A stretch of 64,000 bases of DNA from an uncultured Gammaproteobacteria bacterium (GTDB lineage: Bacteria; Patescibacteriota; Microgenomatia; UBA12405). The notes under the pieces were generated by a model. That model ran no database searches and was not told where the DNA came from. It worked only from the letters and a program-made list of their open reading frames with translations. The position numbers were made by a program, and so were the translations under genes. Shown here one piece after another: positions 27,131-36,239 of the stretch. Position 1 is the stretch's first letter. Every line of letters begins with the position of its first letter. The stretch spans positions 15,046 to 79,045 of the forward strand of contig CAZICU010000001.1 in NCBI GenBank assembly GCA_964537905.1. Direction: 5' to 3'.

Positions 27131-27695
27131 AAATTTCCTCGATTTGTTGATTTAAAAAATTAATATCTTTATGATTTACTATTGTAAAATCCGCCATAGC
27201 AATTGGACCACCTTTATGTGAATTTTCTATTTCAGCATAATCTCTTGTCTTGGCTTCTTCTTTAGTAAGAGACCTATTTCTTAAATTTTTATCATCAACC
27301 CCCGACACTCGTATTGAAATTCTTTCATATCTTAATTCTGGCGGCGCCCAAACCGCAATTACTTTCATTGCTTCACCAAAATGTTCCTTCAAAACCTTAT
27401 ATTCTTCCCAACTATACAATCCATCAGCCACTACATCTCCCTTTTTAATTAATTCATCAATTTTTGGTAAATTCAAAATTGCAAAAGCTGCCATTCCGTA
27501 TTCAGCTCTCAATCCTTCTCTCACTGTTCTTTCATTAACTTCGTTTACTTCCAAGCCTCTTTTTTTTACTTCATCCAAAGTTATCTGACCAAATCTTATA
27601 TACTGAAAACCATTTTTTACAAAAAAATCCGTAACTACACTCTTCCCTGCTCCGCACATTCCCGCAATACAAATAATTTTATTCATTTTAACCAA
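27114..27695 (-). CDS. P-loop nucleotide kinase (dephospho-CoA kinase / dNMP kinase-like)
   Basis: IICIAGMCGAGKSVV Walker A at the N-terminus. ~190 aa. Overlaps the dCMP deaminase start by 17 nt. Confidence 0.5.
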   Translation of the reverse strand: MVKMNKIICIAGMCGAGKSVVTDFFVKNGFQYIRFGQITLDEVKKRGLEVNEVNERTVREGLRAEYGMAAFAILNLPKIDELIKKGDVVADGLYSWEEYKVLKEHFGEAMKVIAVWAPPELRYERISIRVSGVDDKNLRNRSLTKEEAKTRDYAEIENSHKGGPIAMADFTIVNHKDINFLNQQIEEIYDQIK

Positions 27696-27745
27696 TTTAT
27701 CAAAAAAATAATTCTAAAACAATCTGTCAATTAATTAAAAAAAAT

Positions 27746-28075
27746 CTAACGCTTATTTTTATTAGATAGTTTTGTCAACAACGCCTCCGCCTCAATCGTT
27801 CCCATTTTATCTATTCCAAAATCTTCAAATATTTTTTCTGGTATTAACAATACTTCATTTTTATCCAAATCTTTATTACACAAACCTCTTTTTACAAATT
27901 CATCACCAATACCCTTAATCCCAAACTGTTCCAAGATCTTATCTTCAGGAGAATTACAAGTGTAATGAACCACACCTTTATCTGTTCTACAAGTTCCCTC
28001 AGGTCTGCCTTCACTATTAATTTTAAAAGTATTGCTGGTGGTGGGTTTAATTCTTAATTCGACTGTTTTTTCCAT
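27746..28075 (-). CDS. Hypothetical protein (109 aa)
   Basis: ORF only. Confidence 0.3.
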   Translation of the reverse strand: MEKTVELRIKPTTSNTFKINSEGRPEGTCRTDKGVVHYTCNSPEDKILEQFGIKGIGDEFVKRGLCNKDLDKNEVLLIPEKIFEDFGIDKMGTIEAEALLTKLSNKNKR

Positions 28076-28266
28076 AACTCATTATATTAATAATATATCC
28101 AAAAACCAACAATAAATATCTTTTGTGCTATTCAGCCAAAAATCATCCCGATTAATCATGATTATATAAGTGCAGGTCCTAGTTGAATATATCAGAACCT
28201 ATTTTAGAAATTAAGATTCACAGAATAAAACGAATACAAACAAACTTTCCTCATGATTATGTATAA

Positions 28267-29301
28267 TTGGCTATGAATGGCGAACCAAATGAGTCTCTTA
28301 TTGGTCAAGTGAATTTACCTCAAGAAAAACCAAAATTATTAATCACTATAGATAAAATTAACTTGACACCAAAATATGAAAGTTCAATTCCTCAAAATAT
28401 AACTACTGCCATCTTACAAAAAGAACAATTGCCAAATGAATTACCAATACTTGGTTCATCTATGATTGAAGATTTTATAATAAGTAAATTTAATCAAGGT
28501 ATTTCTAATCCCAACCAAATTGCTGAAAAATTTACTACCGAAAATATAATGGATAGTGTAAAAAAATATATTGAACAAGTAAAACTATATTCAGAAAAAC
28601 TAAATTGGGAAGAAATATTTTCTACTGATGATATGGAAGCGGTTAGAAAAAGTGTATGCCAAGAAATGAAAAATCTCGGGATGACAGATCAACAGATTAT
28701 GAAAATTCAATCATTAAATATAAATATTACAGAAAATATAGGGGTTTCAACTGCCGCACCTCAAGGCATTGAAAGTGTAGATATTAGTCGTCTTCAAGTG
28801 GTCAGGAGAGCAATTGATTATACACAAGTGTTTGGTAATACAATACCTATTGAACAAGTTATAAAAACAATAATGGGTACTACCATAGGTCATGAACTTG
28901 GACATAAAGTAGATCAATCTGCAAATCACGCAACTAATCGTATTTCGTCAGATATTAATTGGAAAAAGAATAATGAAAATCATGAAAATAGAAGTGAAAG
29001 ATTTGCTGAATATTGGGCTTTAGTTGCTGAAAATATTCCAACAGAAAAAATTAGACAACACGAATGGTTAATCCAAGTTAATAAAGTGGCTCAATTATGG
29101 GATGTAATTTATAAATACAATCAATCGCATGAAGATAAAGCAGATTTGATGGATATTTTTAGAAAAATTGATGGAAAAATTAATGATAGTGACGTTGCCG
29201 CTTTATTTGGTGCTAGAAAACAATTATATAATAATAATGAAGTTGAAAATTATGCATCACCTTATACAAGAGATATTGTGGCTATGTCAGTAAAACAATA
29301 A
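28267..29301 (+). CDS. Hypothetical protein with HExxH (TIGHELGHKVD) metallopeptidase-like motif
   Basis: ORF; single HExxH. Confidence 0.4.
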   Translation: MAMNGEPNESLIGQVNLPQEKPKLLITIDKINLTPKYESSIPQNITTAILQKEQLPNELPILGSSMIEDFIISKFNQGISNPNQIAEKFTTENIMDSVKKYIEQVKLYSEKLNWEEIFSTDDMEAVRKSVCQEMKNLGMTDQQIMKIQSLNINITENIGVSTAAPQGIESVDISRLQVVRRAIDYTQVFGNTIPIEQVIKTIMGTTIGHELGHKVDQSANHATNRISSDINWKKNNENHENRSERFAEYWALVAENIPTEKIRQHEWLIQVNKVAQLWDVIYKYNQSHEDKADLMDIFRKIDGKINDSDVAALFGARKQLYNNNEVENYASPYTRDIVAMSVKQ

Positions 29302-29334
29302 ATAAAATCGGTATTTACAAGCTTTTTTCTTATG

Positions 29335-29406
29335 CAGGCCCATGAGGATTCGAACCTCAAATGGAGATTTTGGAGATCCCAGTGATAACCATTTCACTAT
29401 GGGCCT
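29335..29406 (-). tRNA. tRNA-Trp (anticodon CCA)
   Basis: Reverse complement AGGCCCA-TA-GTGA-AATGGTTA-TCAC-T-GGGAT-CTCCAAA-ATCTC-CATT-TGAGG-TTCGAAT-CCTCA-TGGGCCT-G folds as a canonical cloverleaf. Confidence 0.8.
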
Positions 29407-29508
29407 AAGTCAGATTGTTAAAATGATACCACTTGCCTACCGGCAGGCAGGTTTCACCACAGACCAAAATATATTTTTAGAGTATCGAATTCTACCTTAA
29501 TTTAATCC

Positions 29509-30129
29509 CTATTTCAAAGTCAAAATCTTTTTTATTCCTTCCAAAATATCATTCGGGTTTTCAGCTATAAAATCAGTCTTATTTTTCTCTAATCTCTCTT
29601 TTTCATGCATTCCCCAAATAACTCCAATTGCTTTTATCTTTGTCTCATGAGCCTCTTTTACATCACCCACACTATCAGTCACCAACAAAGTTTCTTGTGG
29701 TTTAATTTTATATTTATCCAAAATAATTTTAATTTTTTCTACTTTACTTGGATTAAAATTCTTTCCCAAAATTTCTGTAAAATATTTATCTAAATTATGT
29801 TTCTCTAAGAAAATTTTTATCGAATTTTCATCCGCCCCAGACACAATTATCAGTTTATAACCTTGTAAATCCAATTCTTTAATCACCCTATCTATACCCT
29901 CAACTGGCACTAATTGAACAATTTCTTCTCGATATCTTTCAAAATAATGTTCAAAATAAGAATTATCAATATTGTCTCGCAATTTTTTATCATAAACATT
30001 TCCATCACACCAATCTTGCATTTCTCCATAAGTAATATCTGACATATGTTCTTTGGTAATTTCCCACGACAATTGACAGCTATTTACTATCACCCCATCA
30101 AAATCAAAAAGAATTATTTTATTATTCAT
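29509..30129 (-). CDS. HAD-superfamily hydrolase (true start MNNKIILFDFDGV; ORF-track extension overlaps tRNA-Ala)
   Basis: FDFDGVIV motif I, ...SGADE.. motif II region, K...VTDSVGDV motif III/IV. Confidence 0.7.
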   Translation of the reverse strand: MNNKIILFDFDGVIVNSCQLSWEITKEHMSDITYGEMQDWCDGNVYDKKLRDNIDNSYFEHYFERYREEIVQLVPVEGIDRVIKELDLQGYKLIIVSGADENSIKIFLEKHNLDKYFTEILGKNFNPSKVEKIKIILDKYKIKPQETLLVTDSVGDVKEAHETKIKAIGVIWGMHEKERLEKNKTDFIAENPNDILEGIKKILTLK

Positions 30130-30131
30130 TG

Positions 30132-30204
30132 TGGACCCAAGGGGACTCGAACCCCTGACCTTCCCCATGCCATGGGGACGCGCTACCAACTACGCTATGG
30201 GCCC
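30132..30204 (-). tRNA. tRNA-Ala (anticodon GGC) with G3:U70 identity pair
   Basis: Reverse complement GGGCCCA-TA-GCGT-AGTTGGTA-GCGC-G-TCCCC-ATGGCAT-GGGGA-AGGTC-AGGGG-TTCGAGT-CCCCT-TGGGTCC-A. Confidence 0.8.
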
Positions 30205-30284
30205 AAAAGATTAGCAATTCTAGCAAATTTCTACCCCACATTCTACTGGTTTAATCATTAGCTATTGTGCTACCATAGCTTAAT

Positions 30285-31154
30285 ATGTCTATTCAAAAAG
30301 CTGTCATCACCGCCGCCGGTCGCGGCACTCGTTTTCTTCCCGTTGTCAAAATTTACCCCAAAGAACTTGTTCCTATTCTCGATAAACCTAATATTCAAAT
30401 TTTAGTCGAAGAAATTATCGGCGCCGGTATTAATAATATCTGTATTGTTCACCGTCCTGGTGAAAATTCTATCGAAAAATACTTTACTCCCGATCTTGAA
30501 TTAGAAAAATATCTTCAAGCCAACAATAAGATGGAATTTCTTCAAAGTCTTCAAAAAATCTGGGCTGAAGCCAAATTAGAATTTATCCCTCAAGATCCTA
30601 ATCTTCCTTACGGTAATGCCTCTCCAGCTTTAAGTGCCAAAGATTTTATCGGTACTGATGATTTTGCCTATGTTTTTGGCGATGATTTAATCGTTGAAAA
30701 CACTCCTGGGCAATATTTAGCCAAAATGATCACTACTTTTGAACAAAACCATGCCGATGTTGTCGTCTCAACTCAAGAAATGCCCACAGAAGAGATGAAG
30801 CGCTACGGTGCCGTCGTTCCCCACACTAATCCTTCGATTCCCAATCAAATCAGTGCCCTTTTAGAAAAACAAGATCCCCCACCATCCAATTTTGCCGTTC
30901 TTGGTCGATACGTCGTTTCCAATAAAATTATGACTGTTCTTCAAACCCAAGGTATTTCTAAAGACAACGAACTCTGGTGGGCTGATGCCGCCAACAGTTT
31001 AGCTAAAAGTGGAATCGCTATTAACGAACCTATAACCAACGGCATTTGGATGACCACTGGCGATCCTATTCGCTGGCTCAAAGCCAATATCGTCTTTGCC
31101 CTTAACGACCCTAAATACAAAGATGATCTTACCCAATTCATCAAAACTTTGTAA
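30285..31154 (+). CDS. galU: UTP--glucose-1-phosphate uridylyltransferase
   Basis: KAVITAAGRGTRFLPVVKIYPKELVPILDKPNIQ N-terminal nucleotide-binding motif. 289 aa. Confidence 0.8.
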   Translation: MSIQKAVITAAGRGTRFLPVVKIYPKELVPILDKPNIQILVEEIIGAGINNICIVHRPGENSIEKYFTPDLELEKYLQANNKMEFLQSLQKIWAEAKLEFIPQDPNLPYGNASPALSAKDFIGTDDFAYVFGDDLIVENTPGQYLAKMITTFEQNHADVVVSTQEMPTEEMKRYGAVVPHTNPSIPNQISALLEKQDPPPSNFAVLGRYVVSNKIMTVLQTQGISKDNELWWADAANSLAKSGIAINEPITNGIWMTTGDPIRWLKANIVFALNDPKYKDDLTQFIKTL

Positions 31155-31407
31155 TCAGTAATTTTAGATTATTGATCTAATATTCACATTCTTATCGAAT
31201 AGTATTTAATTTGGTTTTAAAATAATTTTTGTATCCTATAACTTGACTTTTCTGATATTAAATGATACATTTCTCATATAATAATCATCTAGATTATTAG
31301 CAGGCGTCCAGTGAAAGCAGGCATTTGCGCTTACTTCCCCTCTTCGCCGTTCTTTAAAAATTCGTGATTTATTTGAAAAAGTTTGTAAAACAAAAATTTT
31401 CCTTCTT

Positions 31408-31467
31408 ATAATATATGCCATCTTGGGCTTAAATCTTAAATCTTAAACCTAGAATGGCATATATTAT
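31408..31467. repeat. Perfect 14-bp inverted repeat (ataatatatgccat / atggcatatattat) flanking tandem aaatctta units
   Basis: Read directly; forms a long hairpin in the intergenic region upstream of the 31590 gene. Confidence 0.4.
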
Positions 31468-31589
31468 AAATAAATATATAAGAAAGGAGGCTCAATTTTA
31501 ATTCCCTTTTTTCAGGAGGAATCTGAAAATCAGTTAAGTCCGGGTGTTACATAAGACGGTATAAACCGCCCACCCAGAAAGGAATAATC

Positions 31590-31799
31590 ATGGCAACAAA
31601 AGCAACCGCATTAGCCAAAATCGAAGAGGCAAAACAAGAGATCAATAATATCGAAGAAAAACCAATCGAAGAACAGGTTTTGGATTTAAATAATAAGATT
31701 GATTATCTTCAAAAACTTATCATTGCCGGAATCGTAATCGCATCAATCGGAATGATCGGCATATTCATTTTTCTCACAATAATCTACGTCATACTTTAA
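31590..31799 (+). CDS. Small coiled-coil protein with C-terminal TM anchor (69 aa)
   Basis: ORF; hydrophobic C-terminus. Confidence 0.35.
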   Translation: MATKATALAKIEEAKQEINNIEEKPIEEQVLDLNNKIDYLQKLIIAGIVIASIGMIGIFIFLTIIYVIL

Positions 31800-31817
31800 T
31801 TTAAGAAAGGAAAAAAC

Positions 31818-32381
31818 ATGAAAAAAAATTTTGTTGTCATCCTCATCCTTACAACAGCAATACTGTTGTTCAGTTGCGGTGTTAAAACCGAACGGACAAC
31901 CACCGAAACCGCCGCAACCACCGCAACCACCGAAACCGCCGCAACCGCAGCAATTAAGATCTCCGCACCTCCCCCCGAGATGATTGAACCCGCCGAACCA
32001 AAGTTAAATCTCAATGAACCACTTATTGGAACGTTAGACGACTTCGGGGTTTTGGTAACAAGAACAGTAAACTGTGCGGTCAGCGGCCAAGTCTTGGACC
32101 AGTCTTTAAACGAGGGCGAAATCATTGTTGGGAATTGCTTTGCAATTCACGACAACGGCTGGATCTCCCAAGAGGGTAATAATGTTTTCTATGTGATAGC
32201 CCCCAAGGGAGGGATCAGGGTTCGCGCAACTGTTTATGATGGAGTTTTCTTCATCATTGATGCTCATAAAATTACCCTGAACCAATCCATCGCCGCCATG
32301 ACATTGGTATTAAAGGAAGGATTCAACGCAACTAATATCCAATATCACCAACTCAAGGATTACGGCGATCCCGTTAAATAG
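31818..32381 (+). CDS. Lipoprotein with Thr/Ala/Glu repeat linker
   Basis: Signal peptide with lipobox LLFSC, TETAATTA repeats, locally GC-rich. Confidence 0.5.
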   Translation: MKKNFVVILILTTAILLFSCGVKTERTTTETAATTATTETAATAAIKISAPPPEMIEPAEPKLNLNEPLIGTLDDFGVLVTRTVNCAVSGQVLDQSLNEGEIIVGNCFAIHDNGWISQEGNNVFYVIAPKGGIRVRATVYDGVFFIIDAHKITLNQSIAAMTLVLKEGFNATNIQYHQLKDYGDPVK

Positions 32382-32501
32382 CAAATTTTCATCAAATAAC
32401 ATCACGGATAGGTGAAATAGAATGAAATCGAGTGATTGAATTATATTTTGACTTTATTGTCATCTTATAACCAAACCATTCTTTCTCATTGCTATTTCAC
32501 T

Positions 32502-32556
32502 CCCGTCTCCCGCCGTTGCGGGACTGATGAGCCCCGCTTACTGCTGGGCGAAACGG
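32502..32556 (+). ncRNA. Candidate type III hammerhead ribozyme in the 5' leader of the GT2/YfhO operon
   Basis: cccG-U-C(cleavage)-[UCCCGC-cguu-GCGGGA stem I]-CUGAUGA-[GCCCCGC-uuacu-GCUGGGC stem II]-GAAA-CGG. All invariant core residues (C3 U4 G5 A6 G8 A9 G12 A13 A14, A15.1:U16.1, C17) present. Confidence 0.6.
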
Positions 32557-32568
32557 AAAACTAAAATT

Positions 32569-33441
32569 ATGAAAATTATTAAAAAACCATTAATTACTGT
32601 CTATATGCCAGTTTTTAATGCCGCCAAATTTCTTGATCAATCAATCCAAAGTATTCTTAATCAAACCTTTTCTGATTTTGAATTTATCATTATCGATGAC
32701 GCTTCTACCGATAATTCTTGGAAAATCATTAAATCTTATGCCAAAAAAGATTCTCGAATCATTGCTATTAAAAATCATATTAATTTAGGCGTTAGCTTAA
32801 CTTCTAATATTGCTATTTCCAAAGCCAAAGGTAAATTTTTAGCCCGTATGGACGCCGACGATATTTCTTTTACCGACAGATTAGAAAAACAAATTCAATT
32901 TTTAACCAAAAATAAGAAAGTTGTCGCTGTTGGTGGTCAATGTGTCGTTATTGATGAATTTAATAATGTTATTGGTGATAAAAACTTCCCTACTCAACCT
33001 AAAAAACTCAAAGAAATGATTTTCTGGGCTATCCCTATGCAACAACCATCTATAATGATTAATCTTGGTAAATTACCCAAAAATTTTGTTTGGTATACTC
33101 CAAATCAATCTTCTGCCGAAGAAGTTAATTTAATGTTTCGTTTTATGCTTTATGGTCAAATTTCTAATCTTGAATACAACTTACTTTTCTATCGTCATTT
33201 AAACGGCAGTCTATCTCACAAAAATCCTAAAGATACTTTCAAATTAACTCTTAAAAGTCGTTTGGACGCTATTAATTTAGGTTTTAAACCAAGTTTAAAA
33301 GCCGTTATTTTAAATCTAATGCAAATAATTATTATTGGATTAATTCCCAACAATTTAATTAATGAAATTTGGTACCATATTCGTGGTATCAAAAAGCCTA
33401 CCGGTCTTACTGTTGGTTCATTTGCTCAATCTCAGCTATAA
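32569..33441 (+). CDS. Family 2 glycosyltransferase (CsbB/polyprenol-phosphate sugar synthase-like); true start MKIIKKPLITVYMPVFN
   Basis: VYMPVFNAAKFL...FIIIDDASTDNS...MDADD GT2 motifs. Upstream ORF-track extension is translated ribozyme sequence. Confidence 0.75.
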   Translation: MKIIKKPLITVYMPVFNAAKFLDQSIQSILNQTFSDFEFIIIDDASTDNSWKIIKSYAKKDSRIIAIKNHINLGVSLTSNIAISKAKGKFLARMDADDISFTDRLEKQIQFLTKNKKVVAVGGQCVVIDEFNNVIGDKNFPTQPKKLKEMIFWAIPMQQPSIMINLGKLPKNFVWYTPNQSSAEEVNLMFRFMLYGQISNLEYNLLFYRHLNGSLSHKNPKDTFKLTLKSRLDAINLGFKPSLKAVILNLMQIIIIGLIPNNLINEIWYHIRGIKKPTGLTVGSFAQSQL

Positions 33442-33449
33442 TTTGACTA

Positions 33450-36044
33450 GTGAAACTCTTTTTTAAAAAAAATTTTTATCCATTAGCTTTAGGTCTAATT
33501 GTTTCTTTTCTTTGTTGGCGCAACTTTACCCCCAATACTTTTTTAACCGGATGGGACAATCTCATGCCCGAATTAAATATTTGGCTCAATCTTAAACGCT
33601 CATTCTTTGCAGTTTGGCAAAACTATCAAGGTCTCGGTTTAGTTGGCGGTATGGCTCATAGCACTGATTTAATTCGTCAACTCATTATTCTGCCTTTCAC
33701 TTTTATCCTTCCTCTTAATCTTGTTCGATACCTTTGGCATTTTGCCATGATTTTTTTAGGTACTTTTGGCGTCTATTTTGGTCTTTCAAAAATCATCAAA
33801 TTAAAACCATCTTCTTCATTCATTGCCGCTCTTTTTTACCTTCTCAGTTTTGGTTCAGTTCAAAATTTTTGGGTTCCGCTAGAAACATTTTCCTGTTTTT
33901 GGGGATTTTTTCCTTGGCTTATTTTTTCTCTTTTAGATTATCTAAAAAATCCTACAACTTCTAAGCTTAGTAAACTTTTAATTTTTAATTTACTCGCTAT
34001 CCCTAGTTTTTATGTCCAAACTGTTTTTATTGTTTATCTTTTAGTCTTATTTATTATTTTTATAATTTATCCCAAATCTTTTTTTACCCTTATCAAAATT
34101 GGACTGATTAATTCTTTTTGGCTTCTCCCACTTATCTATTTTCTTACCACTAATTTAAATGGACCAGCTAATGGATTTGGTAATCTTATGTCTAATGATG
34201 AAACTTTTTTAAGAAATTTTTATCGAGGCGGTATTTTAGATTTCCTTTTACTTCGAGGCTATTACTACGATTTTCCAAAAAATTACGGTTTTTTAATGAA
34301 TATTTGGCGTCAATTCTTTTCTTCCCCTATCCCAATCATCACTGGTATTCTTCTTGGTCTTTCAGCCATTAGTGGTTTTATTATTACTTCTATTAAGAAA
34401 AATAAGACTATTTTTGATAAATTTTTAATCGGTTTATTTTTACTTTCCGCTATTGCCTTACTTTCTCAAATTCCTCCATTTGCTCAAATTAACTATCTTC
34501 TTCGACAAATTCCTTTGATTAATCAAATATTTCGCTCCCCTTTTACCAAATTTATTACTCCAGCCGTTTTTGTTTTCTCTTGTTTAATTGCTAATTTAAT
34601 TGAAAAAATTTCTCTTAAATTTCAAAAATATATCTCCCTTTTAGCTTTTATTTCTATAATAATTTTTTCTTTTCCTAGTTTTAACGGTCATTATATTTCC
34701 CCTGACATGAGAAAAAATATTCCCCAAGAATATTTTGATCTAATCAATTTTTTTAAAATTCAAAATCCAAATGGACGTATTGCTAATTTACCTCAAGGCT
34801 CTTTTTGGGGTTGGACTAATTATCGTTTTGGTATTAGTGGTTCCGGATTTCTTTGGTATGGCATCGAACAACCAATTTTAGATCGAGCCTTTGATGTTTG
34901 GAACCTCAAAAACGAACAATATTATTGGGAGCTCAACACTGCTCTTCAAAAAGATAATTATTTAGAATTAAATAAAATTTTTGAAAAATATGCCATTCAA
35001 TACGTTATTTTTGATAATAATGTCTTTTTCCCTGATGAAAAAATTTACAACAACATCGCCATTACCACCAAAGAAAAATTAGATAATTTATCTTCACTTC
35101 AAAAAATTGCTGAATTTGGTCAAATCACTGTCTACCAGACTCCCTTTATTACTCAAAAATATTTTGTTAATAATCCAGTTTCTATCAATAAATTTAATTT
35201 TTATTATTCCGACCCAGCTTTCTCTAAATTTAATAACTATATCAATAGTCATCAAATTAACTATCACTTCCCTTTTGTTAATTTATTTACTAATCGTCTT
35301 CTTTCTGAGCAAGAATTTTCAGTTTCTAAAAATGAAAGTTCAATTATAATAAATTTTCAAAATCAAAACCTTAGTTTTAATCTCGATAATTCAGCTAATG
35401 CTGAATACAATATTGGTCTTCCAAATGAAAAAACATCTTTAACTGTTTACAATTTTCCCCAAGCAAAACTTAATCAAAATTATTTAGTTGAAGTTAATTA
35501 TAAATTTATTTCTGGGCTTCCCAGTCAAATTAGTGTTGTTTCCACTAATTATCGTCACAAATATTTTGATACCAAACTCAAAAAATCTACCACCGATACC
35601 ACTTCTTGGTTTATCATTCCAGCTCACGAAACTGAAGATTTCCAACCAGGAATTGATATTATTTTTAATAATTCTTATCTTTCAGAAATTCCCAGCCAAA
35701 ACCAAATAAATTTTGTTAAAATTTATCCTTTTGATTTAAATTCCTTAATAAACCAATATCAATTTCTTTCCCCACCTCAACCATCAACTTACATTTTTTA
35801 TCCTCAATCTTATTCTTCTGGTTGGCTCGCTTTCTACTTCGATGGCCTAAAACCAATTTTTCTCAAAAATCATGTTCTTGCCAACAACTGGGCCAATGCT
35901 TGGCTTGTCGGCCAAGACTACGAAGTTGTCGGCGGAGAATTACCAAAAATATATGTTCTCTTCTGGCCTCAAATTTTTCAATATATTGGTCTAATCATCA
36001 CCGCCACCACTCTGATTTTGGTTTTAAAAAAATCTAAAAAATAA
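33450..36044 (+). CDS. YfhO-family polytopic membrane glycosyltransferase (GT-C-like), 864 aa
   Basis: ~13 N-terminal TM helices, large extracytoplasmic domain, C-terminal TM. Size and pairing with a CsbB-like GT2 matches the B. subtilis csbB-yfhO arrangement. Confidence 0.55.
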   Translation: MKLFFKKNFYPLALGLIVSFLCWRNFTPNTFLTGWDNLMPELNIWLNLKRSFFAVWQNYQGLGLVGGMAHSTDLIRQLIILPFTFILPLNLVRYLWHFAMIFLGTFGVYFGLSKIIKLKPSSSFIAALFYLLSFGSVQNFWVPLETFSCFWGFFPWLIFSLLDYLKNPTTSKLSKLLIFNLLAIPSFYVQTVFIVYLLVLFIIFIIYPKSFFTLIKIGLINSFWLLPLIYFLTTNLNGPANGFGNLMSNDETFLRNFYRGGILDFLLLRGYYYDFPKNYGFLMNIWRQFFSSPIPIITGILLGLSAISGFIITSIKKNKTIFDKFLIGLFLLSAIALLSQIPPFAQINYLLRQIPLINQIFRSPFTKFITPAVFVFSCLIANLIEKISLKFQKYISLLAFISIIIFSFPSFNGHYISPDMRKNIPQEYFDLINFFKIQNPNGRIANLPQGSFWGWTNYRFGISGSGFLWYGIEQPILDRAFDVWNLKNEQYYWELNTALQKDNYLELNKIFEKYAIQYVIFDNNVFFPDEKIYNNIAITTKEKLDNLSSLQKIAEFGQITVYQTPFITQKYFVNNPVSINKFNFYYSDPAFSKFNNYINSHQINYHFPFVNLFTNRLLSEQEFSVSKNESSIIINFQNQNLSFNLDNSANAEYNIGLPNEKTSLTVYNFPQAKLNQNYLVEVNYKFISGLPSQISVVSTNYRHKYFDTKLKKSTTDTTSWFIIPAHETEDFQPGIDIIFNNSYLSEIPSQNQINFVKIYPFDLNSLINQYQFLSPPQPSTYIFYPQSYSSGWLAFYFDGLKPIFLKNHVLANNWANAWLVGQDYEVVGGELPKIYVLFWPQIFQYIGLIITATTLILVLKKSKK

Positions 36045-36050
36045 TAAATA

Positions 36051-36133
36051 CGTCATTGCGATCCGCCAACTGGCGGAGAAGCAATCTCCACTCCACGTCA
36101 TTGCGATCCGCCAACTGGCGGAGAAGCAATCTC
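36051..36133. repeat. 38-nt direct repeat x2 (cgtcattgcgatccgccaactggcggagaagcaatctc), each containing the palindrome tccgccaactggcgga
   Basis: Exact duplicate at 36051-36088 and 36096-36133. Confidence 0.8.
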
Positions 36134-36185
36134 ATTGAAATTGCCACATCGCTATTGTAACTGCTCCCCGCCATGACATAATTTA

Positions 36186-36219
36186 TTTGTAGAGTGCAGG
36201 CATGCCTGCACTCTACAAA
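36186..36219. terminator. Perfect 17-bp-arm palindrome tttgtagagtgcaggca/tgcctgcactctacaaa, likely bidirectional terminator between convergent yfhO-like and glyA
   Basis: Read directly; flanked by T/A runs. Confidence 0.5.
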
Positions 36220-36239
36220 TTGCTACTTATTACTAACTA

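Noticed and set aside
29409-29480. Moderately GC-rich segment between tRNA-Trp and the HAD gene, considered as a third tRNA
   Set aside because: No T-loop (GTTCRA) or acceptor complementarity on either strand. More likely a weak terminator hairpin (gcct-gccggt-aggc).
29509-30189. ORF-track N-terminal extension MVARPHGMGKVRGSSPLGSTM of the HAD hydrolase
   Set aside because: This stretch is the translation of tRNA-Ala(GGC) on the same strand. True start is the downstream Met (30129).
31290-31330. gtccagtgaaagcaggc resembling the SRP RNA domain IV motif GUCCGGAAGGAAGCAGC
   Set aside because: Cannot be folded into the helix-8 GNRA tetraloop and asymmetric loop (the complementary GGA is replaced by AAA). 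Flanking sequence lacks the rest of 4.5S RNA.
31236-31421. 61-aa minus ORF in the galU downstream spacer
   Set aside because: Overlaps the long inverted repeat and has no SD or motif. Likely non-coding.
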